A stretch of 64,000 bases of DNA from Geosiphon pyriformis uo1 (Eukaryota; Fungi; Glomeromycota). Of the stretch, positions 13,547 through 23,671 are shown one piece after another (the stretch's first letter is position 1; each line of letters opens with the position of its first letter). Location of the stretch: the NCBI GenBank assembly GCA_016748015.1, contig JAAOMT010000098.1, forward strand, positions 263,635 to 327,634, in the 5' to 3' direction. The position numbers were made by a program, and so were the translations under genes. Under the pieces are notes generated by a model. That model worked only from the letters and a program-made list of their open reading frames with translations. It ran no database searches and was not told where the DNA came from.

Positions 13547-14612
13547 TTAATTGGAATATTGATATAAAATACTTTGCATAATATCAGAGATATCAGAGAA
13601 AAAGTCAACTGCAGTTTTTTAAAAAATGTCTTAATCATCATAAGTCATGAGATTTAATATGTAATATATATAGGCATGCAATAGCTTCCGAATTAATATG
13701 GCCATATGTTGTTTCTAAGGAAAATTTATCTGTTGAAGATTACTTAGAATGGGCCCAAAATGAAACAGATCCCACATTTAGATTAAAGTATAAACAAGTT
13801 TTTTCTTATTTACAAGCAATTATTAACTTTTGTACTGAAGTTTGTTTCAATAGATCTTTATTAAAACTCACGACTAGATGAATGTTTGCACCAATTTGGT
13901 CTGCTCAGTGCCATCCTATTTACTAATTAATTGAAATTGCTGATAAAGAACAATGGCTATGATTAAAGCCTGAAGTTTGCAAGCTGATTCAAGAAAGAAT
14001 TGTAATTTCTCAATTTAAACTTTCAAATTAACATCAAGGCCATGATACAATACTTGAAAAAATTAACAAAATGCTCAAATCATTAATTTTTTCTACATTT
14101 TCACAATGGTATTGAGAAATTGCAGCACGTAATTATATCAAATTTAAAAGATTGCATATTAATTTCTTTAATGTCATTAGATATTTTAAAAGTGAAATAT
14201 ACAGATCTTGTACATGTCCTAGCTTTATTGCTGAATCAAATTGATTTTGAGTTCAGATAAGAAAAACACAGTTTGTAAATCCAAATGTCTCTAATTATGT
14301 TTTTTATGATATTGATCATGAATGAATATTAAGTAAAGAAATAAAAAAATTCAGTGAAATTGCATGGATAAAAAAAATAAATTTTTTTAAAGCAAGGTGA
14401 ATTAAGAAAACATTATTAGGTACTTGGAAACCAATTCCAGTAACAAGTGAAGAAGCAGATCATCAAAAAATATAAATCTGTTAATAAAATTACAACTATT
14501 ATCTATTATTAACTCTCCAATATCTCTTTTAAGTGATCATGTTTTCAAAGCTTATTAAATTAATCATGTGACAGCCTAATAAATATTCTTCAAGAAGTTA
14601 GAAATATATTGT
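13547..14612 (+). pseudogene. Cargo: C-terminal ~350 codons of an Academ/DUF6589-like transposase
   Basis: The consensus of the two copies reads NWNIDIKYFAQCQ..SQLQFFKKCSDHHKSWD...YLQAIINF.T..RFNR...MFAPIWSA..HPIY...HQGHDTILEEINK.LK...LINILQEVRNIL. The family is assigned by motif recall, not by search. Confidence 0.6.
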
Positions 14613-15733
14613 ATTGTGTATAGTTTTGTTTATATTGGGTTGGGTACATTATTATTTATAATTGGCATTTTTAAAACATGATATGTTGAGTCTAAATCCA
14701 AATCTCCATTCTGCATGATTATGTTTGAATTATGAAAAGCATTCAACATGGATTTATTTGTCCCAAAAAAGTTGATTTTTAATACATCTTTAAAACTATC
14801 AATCAAACTTTTGCTCGCTAATACTAAATATTGGTCGAATAATGAATATAATTGCTAGTATGGAGTCTTTTTTTAATCGTGGATGCCAAAGTTGGTGTGA
14901 AAATGTATTTATTGAGTATATATTGAAATTTTCATGCTCTGAGTTTTATTACTGGTCACATTTTTTTTTCTAAGAAAAGGTAAATTCAAACTCTATTTCT
15001 AGTTGATTTGCTCGAACAATGTTTTATTAACAAACTTGTTCTTGAAAGATTCTATTGGGCCATTATTCTTACTTATAGATCTGTTAATTTCTTTTTTTAA
15101 TACAGAGAAAAAGTAATCTCATTAGCCAAAGTTTGATCCAAAGTAATTTCATTAATATCTGCAGCAACAGCCTCCAAAACACTACTAGTCTCTAAAGCAC
15201 CACCAGTTTTCAAAACACCAAGAGCAGCAGTACTGTACCATATGTCAACTATTATAAAAACTCTCATAATATCTACAAACAACAAGCCAGATATAATTGT
15301 TTCATTATTGTTTTCTGATAGCAGTGGCAGCTTATAAAGAAGAAGAGTAATTGAATGTTGTAATATTTTAGAAATTTTGTTTAGTGTTTTACAATTGTTT
15401 CTAGAAACTTTTCTAATTTTTTTTACTACCATAAAAAAAATGATTTTCATTGACAAATTGGAAAATTTTCTTGACTGTACATGTTCAATTAAATATAAAA
15501 TGATATCTGATGTTTATATCTAATATCATATGATTATAGTGTGACTATAGAAAGTGGAAATTACTTATATTCTGCTATCATATTTGTGGAGATAGAGACT
15601 ATAAGAAGATATATATAGTAAAAGTGACTATAAAGAGATAATATTATATATAAATGGTTTTGGTTTTTAAAAAAATATGATTATAAGAAGATAGTAACTA
15701 TAATCAGAGAAACTATAAAAAGAGTTTACTGTA

Positions 15734-16680
15734 CATGTTCAATTATGATTCATGCCAGTGAAGAGGAAAAGCAAAATCAACAGAACCACTTTGACTTATT
15801 CCAGTTGGAAATCTATTTGATAGAATTGGAATTGATTTGGTTGGACTTCTTTTAATTACATTCCAAAGAAATCATTATATCATTGTAGTTGTAGACTATC
15901 TTACAAAATGGCCAGAAGCCAGAGCAATCCAAGTGGCCAATACCAAAATAGTAGCCAAATTTGTGCATCAAGACCTAATTTACTAACATAGATGTTTGAA
16001 AAAATTATTATCTGACTAGAAAACACATTTTGTTAATAATATGCTAACTAAACTAAGCCAATAATTTGGAATAAAGTGACTCTTATTGTCATCATAACAC
16101 CCACAAATAAATAGACTGGTAGAACAATTTAACTGAATACTGTATAAAGCACTAGCAAAAATAAGTCATAAAAACAAACAAGAATAGAACTTATTTATAC
16201 TTTCTGTACTCTTTACATATTGAACATTAAAACAAAATACGATTTAGTTCACACCATTCAAACTAGTTTATGGAAGAAAAGCTATGTTACCAATTGAATA
16301 AATGATATTATTATACCCAACAAAAACAATTAATGAAGAAAATTTTAAAGGTACTTTATACCAAAAAACATACCAGATAATGGAAATGTTAGAAAACAAT
16401 CGAAAAACAGCAGCTGACAATATTAGTTATGCTTAAGAATGACAAAAAAAAAGACATGATAACCACTTATTAAAACAACTAATGGAATTCAAGATTGAAA
16501 ACCAAGTACTATTACATTATACAAAAGCTGAGAAACAATAAACTGGAAAGTTTAACCCAAAATGGAACAGTCTATTCCATATACACAAAGCTTTAGAAAA
16601 TGAAGCTTACAAATTATAATTGGAAGACAGGATTTTAAAGAAAGTAGTACATAGAAATTGGTTAAAAATTTATCATGTAA
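15734..16680 (+). pseudogene. Gypsy1 integrase core and GPY/F tail (no chromodomain seen)
   Basis: FDRIGIDLVGLL, VDYLTKWPEARAI, LSD*KTHF, HPQINRLVEQFN, TPFKLVYGR. Confidence 0.92.
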
Positions 16681-16867
16681 AACAGGAATCATTATTATCA
16701 GTACCTTAGCTAGGAACACAAATTTCATTAATCAGACCAAAAGATATATCATGAGATTTGAAACCAATCATTATTATCGAAATATAGACAACATGCAGCA
16801 AATTAAATTAGAGAATTTAAATATATATAGTATTTAAAAAACAGCAAAAAATGATAGAACTTTCAAC

Positions 16868-17606
16868 ATGAACTTGTCAGATCAAATTCTACAACTTTCA
16901 AAACAACTATTTGATACAATTTAACAATCTTCTGCTCAAATAGAAGTGACAATTGATAAAGAAAAAAATATGCTATAAAAATAGAAACAAAAAAGAGATG
17001 AGTATAAGTTCAATTAGAACTAACTGTTTCCATTCCTACACTCTGTTTAAGAAAGAAATTTTACAAAAAAGAATTAAATTGTCTTGGGCAGAACTTGAAA
17101 AAAAAGTGGAGGAATGAGAAAATATTTATAAAAGAAGATATTTGGTTTCTGAGCTCAAAGAAATCAAAGAAGCTTTAATTTGTGGAATTGATCTCCCTAA
17201 AATAAGAGAATGGACATCAGACAATGTAAAAGAATGGAAAAAAAGACTTTCTCCAGCTTATTAGTTCTACAAAATAAGTAAACAATTAGACTTAAAGACA
17301 CCATATGGAAACTTTAGCTAGAAAACTTTCAACAAAGAAGCAATGTAACAAGTAAAAAAATTCATAGAAAAAAGCAACCTGACCCTACATTACAAAGCAG
17401 CATACTAACTATATGCCACTTTCTAATATTGTCCAAATATACTGTTGTATGGATCTATAAAGACAATAACAGTTAGCAACATAGGACAAATTACCAATCA
17501 ACAGTTCAAAGACCTACAAAAAACAATACTTAACATAACCATTGAACATTACACAAACAAAGACATAGGAACAAATACATACAATTTTACAGAAGCTCAA
17601 TTCTAA
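16868..17606 (+). pseudogene. Extra ORF (ORF3, ~245 codons) between integrase and PPT, function unknown
   Basis: MNLSDQILQ...VKKFIEKSNLTLHYKAAY*LYATF*YCP...NFTEAQF*. Homologous motif at ~760-870 and 52147-52290. Confidence 0.65.
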
Positions 17607-17620
17607 AAAGAAAGAAATAA

Positions 17621-18639
17621 TATTACCTGAATAGAAAAACTATTCTGAAGTTATAAAAAACGTAATCAGAACATGACATAATACAGAATAGTGTGCAATA
17701 ATATTGGATAATGCATTATAACTTAGGATAGCACAAAATAACACAGAATAACACATAAATAACACTAGATAATGTGTTATAACATAGGATAACTAGTAAT
17801 AATATAGAAGAACAAAGCAATAATAAAAATAACAAAGCAATAGTTAGCAATAACAAAACAATTAGAAACAATCCTGTAAAACCAAAAGAATATATAAAAT
17901 CAAGTAATTATAAAAAGTAGAAAAAGACAGACAAATAGATACAAACCATTAAACAAGAATCAAATATTCATACCTCTTTATCATTGATATTTTATATTCA
18001 TCTTTTGAAATAAATTAATTATTAAAAAATCAGAATCACAAATTCATGTTTTCAAACTTTGTAGAATTTATGTGAATTAATCATTGTTTCATATTTTTGT
18101 TTCAGAACAGATGCTCTTAGCATAACCACCTCAAACTATTAATGATTTAGACTAATCATTCTTGATTATGGTGATTAACAATACTAATTTATCTTTTTTT
18201 TTTTTTTATTTTTTTTTATTTTATTTTATTTTTTTTTTTTTATTTTTCTTTTGTGGAGTGACAACATAGTAAAATCAACTGTCTGGGAATAGACTTTGTG
18301 ATAGTCTGATAAAAGAGAGAAGCTCTTCCTAGATTTTTGGATATTAACATTATTTTGATAGCTTACCAGAAAGGTGAAAAGACAATGCCAGACCCTAATA
18401 ACTGCACTTATTAGCTTAGAGAAGAAAGCTTACTTTTATAAGAAGTTGTAATCAGTGAGAACCAAAACTCTGTGCCTTATAACCAAAAAACTCAACAGGT
18501 AAATTTACAACCAATAGATAAGACTTTTAGAGATTGATAATCAAGACTAAGCCAATAGAATTACATATAATACACCTTACTAATAAGTGAAAGCACCAAA
18601 CATTACCATTTTCCTATTTTACCAACTATATTCATAACA
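17621..18639 (+). repeat. Gypsy1 3' LTR (1019 bp), preceded by PPT 17605-17620
   Basis: Aligns with the 5' LTR. Purine tract aaaaagaaagaaataa lies immediately upstream. Confidence 0.93.
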
Positions 18640-19870
18640 ACATGTTTACAGACAGCCAGACTGCCTTGGATGCGTATAGGTTGAATTTGAAGTTTATTCA
18701 TCCAGATTTCAAGAATCAATGTTGAATTAAATGTTGTCACATTGTAGGCACTATTTATTGTAAGAATTTAGATATTAGCTAACATAAGGTTAGAAATCCC
18801 TCTGGTGTTTCTGGTAATAAGCATGCTAATATGTTAGCCAAAGCAGCTGCTGTCTCTAATTGACACCTACCTTATTTAATTAGTAAAAGTTATCTTAGAG
18901 CTAATGGTATTGTAGTTTCTGGTAATTCTAGATATTTTGTTCAAAGAATTTTTTGGGCTGTTAATTGTGCACATTGGGAAACTGGTTCTGGTTCTTGGAT
19001 GGTGGCTAATAGTATGTATATAAAGATTGATTGGTTCAAGTTATCTTTGGTGTGGCACCCTAATTTTTACTTGATGGCTGGTTTTACTAGTAAACAAACT
19101 GCTGGTTCTTGAACATATTTCATAAAAGCTCTCTATTATTGGCTTCTTGTTGCTGTGTATAAGTAATTATATAATAAGTGTTACTTCAGTATAGTCTGCT
19201 TGTTCTGTAGTAATGTTGAAATATCTGACCATGTCTTTTTCTGTTTATTTAAAGCTGCTGGTTGTGCTTGGTTGTTGAGTATTTATGTGTCCGTTTGGGG
19301 TGTATGCTCTAGTTTACTTTACTCTTCTTTTTGTGTTTTGCAGTTGTTGTCTATTTGTGTTTTTGATGTTGCAGTTAGCATGGCACTGTTCAAGTGTTTT
19401 GTTTTTAATAATTGGTTTTATGAGTTTGTTTCAGTTTTCAAAGATTCTAAGGTTGCAAATCATCATATTGTGGATTTTGTGTATGAATTTTGTCTTGTAT
19501 TTTGGGAGGATATCTGATTGGTGCATACCAAACATTATGCTTTTATGAAAAGAAATGGCTTAATTCTACATGATAATTCTATTCTTGTTTTGGTATCAGG
19601 TTTTTCTTCAATGCTTTCAGCCAGCATAGTTAAATTATTAAGTATAGCTAAGACAGTAAATGTGGATTTCAAATTTTATAAATCTTGTTTGTTTTTCTCA
19701 AGTATAGAAGATGCAGTTTCTGTTCATATAGGTGCTTAATGTTGTTCTAATTGGCTTAAGTGGCTGGTTACATGTGAAAAATACATGATTCACACCTAGT
19801 TTAGATTATTTGTATAATATATTGTACTAAACATTATTTGGATTTTACTTATTAAATGTTTAAAAAAAAA
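18640..19870 (+). mobile_element. LINE A, 3' piece (RNase H C-half, CCHC finger, conserved 3' UTR, A-tail)
   Basis: CLFCSNVEISDHVFFC motif. ORF ends VSVHIGA* at 19739. 3' UTR is homologous to those of LINEs B-E. A-run at 19862-19870. Confidence 0.92.
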
Positions 19871-20255
19871 TATATTAATAAAATAAAAACTTATATAAAA
19901 ATAAAATAACATCAAGTTATTTTAATAAAAAACATATTAATATAAAATATAACAAGTACTAAAAGTTTTATTAGATATTAATAAATCTTTTTTTAAGTAT
20001 TGGTCATAAATATTTATAAAATAAAAACTTATATAAAAGTAATATACTATAAAATTATTTTGGTAAAAAACATATTAGCATAAAATACAACAAATACTAA
20101 AAAGTTTTATTAAATACTAATAAATTTTTTTTTAAATATTAATTATAAATATTTATAAAATAAAAATTTATATAAAAATAAAATAATATTAAGTTATTTT
20201 AATAAAAAATATTTTAGTAAAAAATATAACAAATACTAAAAGTTTTGTTAAATAT
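19871..20255. repeat. Degenerate ~138-bp tandem repeat, right part
   Basis: Motif starts at 19954, 20092 and 20231 (spacing 138/139). Confidence 0.7.
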
Positions 20256-22510
20256 AAAAAAGTTTTTTATTTTATTTTTTAGACCAAAAAAATTTAGATA
20301 ATAAAATTATAATAAAAAAAATTTAATTTATTTAATAATAATAAAATTATATTATCTTTTATATTAATATAATTATAGTTATAAAACATATTATTAAGTA
20401 TTATATTATATTTTTTTAGATTTTGAATTTTTTGGTAAATTTTTATAGTAATTAGAAAATATTTCACAATTTTTTATATAATAGCTTATATAGAATATAT
20501 TATTTATTAAAAATATAGTTTAATAAATTAGTATTATTATGATATAATAATTAAAATTATCTTAATATTTAATATAACAGCAAAAATATTAAGAAAATAT
20601 TTTTTTATAGTTATAAAACTTTATTAATTTTTTATATATAACTTTATAAACAAAGCTAATTAACAGTTTATTTGTATTAAAGCCTATAAAAATTAGCATT
20701 TTATTATATAATAATTATTATTTACTATTATAAATTATTTTAACTATTTGTATTTCTTGAATTTTAATTCATTTTTTTATTAAATTTACCAAAATTTTTA
20801 AAAATTTGATTTAAAAAATTTAATATTTTATTTTTAATGCTTTTTAATATTTACTTATTTATAATAATTATGTATTAATAATTAATATTAACTTTAATAA
20901 TAATTTATATCAATTTAAAAAAATATTTTACTAATTTTATAATAAATAATTTTTAATTTTACTAAATTATTAGTGTTGATATCTTAAAGCTTGTTAAAAA
21001 ATAATTAAAAAGCTTTATATTTTAATTATAAAATCAAAAACCAGTTTTTTTTCTAATTAATTTATAAATATTAATTATTTTATATATTTGTTTTTAGGCA
21101 TTATTCTAAATTAAATCTTTTAAATTCATTATTAACTTTTATTAAAAAAATAAAACAAAAACTCTTGAAAATTTTTTTTTAAACTAATTACTTAAAAATT
21201 TAATTAAAATTTACATAAAAAAACACTTAATTATTATGTTAAATATAGATTAAAAACAATAATTTTTTTAAATATTAGTAACTAATATTTTTTTCTTAAA
21301 ATTATATATTTAATTAAAAAATATTTAATTATTTATGCTAAAAATAACAAATATAAAGTTTAATTATTGATTTTTTTGATATTACAATATAAATCAAAGT
21401 AAAAAACTAATTATTAATTTGCATAAAGAATATATATTTAGAAATTGTTTTCTAAAAAAGATAGTAATTTTTTTTAATATAATAATAATAATAATAATTA
21501 GAACTCTAAAAAACTTCTATAAAAAACTGAAGAAATGCTTTATATATAATAATATTAATAATAAAAACAGTTGAAATTTACATAAAATATCTTAAAAAAC
21601 AGAAAATAAAACATAATTTGTTTATAATATTTTTAATAACAAATAAATTTCAATCATAATTTGAGTAATATACTTTAAAAAATAACTATAAATTTAAAAC
21701 TAATAAAAAGTTATTAAGTTTTAAATATAATTAAAACTTAAATATGCTTTAATAAAGACTAGAATTTTAATAATAGAAATAAAAACTAATAAAAAATTAG
21801 ACTAAAAAACAAAATTAAATTATAAAGTTATTAAACTAATATTTAACTAATAAATCTTTTTTTAAAAATTTATAATCTGTAAAAAATTTTAAAAAAATAG
21901 ACTATAAAACAATAATAATAAAATTACATTAATATATTATGGAAAAAAAAAGTTAATAATAAAATTAAACTATAGTTAAATTAATTTATAAACTCTGATT
22001 TTTTTATAATAAACTATTTAATAATTATAATATCTAATACAAAAAACTTTTAAATATTATAAAACAATAAAAATAAATTGATAATTATTTTATTTTTTAT
22101 TTAATAAAAATACTAATAATAATTAAAAAATAATTATTAAACAATTTGTATATTTTGCTATTTTATAAATAAATAAATAAAAATAGTTATTTTAATTTTA
22201 ACAATATTAATACTTAGTAGTAATAATATTTTATTAATTTTTAATATTTGTTCTTTTAAAATTTTATTTTTTGATTTAAAATTTAGTGTAATATAAATTA
22301 AAAATATATAATTTTGAATATTTTTTATTTATAAATATTATTTTTTTGTTAAAAAACAATTAAATTTGTATTGCTTGCAAATTTTACTCCTTAATTAAAA
22401 TTATTGTGTAAATTTTGATATTAACTAAATTATTATATACAAAAAAATAACTTGATTTACAAATTTAAAGTTTTAAAAAATTATACAACTATGATTAAAT
22501 AATATATAAT

Positions 22511-23495
22511 TTTATTATTATTATTATTATTATTTAATGAATAAAGTCCAAACACTACCTAGTGCTATACATCAAAAAAATGATCTAAACTAGACATAAA
22601 TCATGCATTTTCTACATGTAACCAGCTACTTGGGTTGACCAGAATAATACTACACAGCTATATGAACTAAAACTGAGTTATTTACACTTGAAAAAAATAA
22701 ACAAAATTTGCAGAACCTAAAATGAACACCAAAAGCTTCAGTAATACCAAGCAATTTGACTATACCAGCAAAAAACCCTAACACCAAACCAGAAATTGAC
22801 ACAAAAACCAAACCATCCAATGGAATCAATCCAATCTTCTTCATATAGGCATGATGTTTAGTATAAATTACCCAAACTTTATTTCTAAAGGCAAGACCAA
22901 GAAAGTGCATAAATTTGACAATCTTCAAACCAGCAATCTTAAAATCATAAAAAATAGAAACAGCTTTGCGAAATCAACTATTAAAAACAAAACCCTTATA
23001 AAGAGCTATAGATATAAAAGAATCAAAAACACAAGATGACAACAGCTGTAATACACTCGAAGAAAAGTGAGAGAAACCAGAAAGAGCCTTTCAAGAAGCC
23101 ATGTAAGAGTTCAATATTTAATGTTTAGCAGAATTATTGACTTTACAAAAGAACACATGATCTGACATCTCTATATTACCACAATACAAACATAATACAC
23201 TAGGATAATACTTGTTATAAAGATGCTTTTGAATGGCAACAAGCAGTTAATGATGCAAGACTTTCATAAAATAAGTATGCACATTAGCCAAAGGTCTGCT
23301 GGTAAAACCAATAGTCATGTATAAATCAGAATGCTACACCAGTGACAAGTAGAACCAATCAACCTCAGAAAGTAGACTATTTGTTAAAAACTTGAAATTA
23401 GAGCCAATCTCCTAATGTACACAACAAATAGAACAATAAACATTATGTACAAAATGTTTAGAATTGTCAGAAACAACATTACTATCAGTCACATA
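22511..23495 (-). mobile_element. LINE B, 5'-truncated 3' fragment with (TAA)n tail
   Basis: ORF 22650..22928 is homologous to the ORF2 C-terminus. Conserved 3' UTR. (att)n at 22514-22533. Confidence 0.9.
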
Positions 23496-23671
23496 GAATA
23501 TTTTATAAACATGAAAAAATTTTAGTTAATAAATTTTTTTTTTTTTTATTAATATTTAATGAGCGAAGTCCAAATACTGCCTAGTGCAATACATCATACA
23601 AATGATCTAAACTAAGTGTGAATCATGCATTATCTACATGTGACCAGCCACTTGGACCAATCAGGACAACA

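Larger units (their letters stand above)
11464..15731 (-). mobile_element. pogo/Tigger-type (Tc1/mariner superfamily) DNA transposon with cargo, copy 1 (4268 bp)
   Basis: Imperfect ~19-bp TIRs (tagtgaattctctttataa / ctataaaaagagtttactg). TA TSD at 11462-63 and 15732-33. Removing it restores the host integrase KDIFKYMFNYDSCQ. Confidence 0.93.
3271..18639 (+). mobile_element. Full-length (decayed) Ty3/Gypsy LTR retrotransposon 'Gypsy1' with dUTPase; contains a nested solo LTR and a nested pogo element
   Basis: TG...CA ends, TSD ACAT (3267-3270 and 18640-18643), paired LTRs, PBS, PPT, and gag CCHC-PR-dUTPase-RT-RH-IN order. Confidence 0.95.

Noticed and set aside
5330-17606. Alternative genetic code (TAA/TAG=Gln or TGA=Trp), suggested by stops at conserved Q/W/R positions
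   Set aside because: All three stop types occur and they differ between twin copies (e.g. TGA vs TGG in HHKSW). Single transitions explain them.
16868-17606. env gene
   Set aside because: Short, with no visible signal peptide, TM anchor or fusion peptide.
20300-22500. Possible fossil DNA-transposase (hAT-like hints on the minus strand)
   Set aside because: Almost pure A/T. The motifs appear only after assuming many back-mutations.
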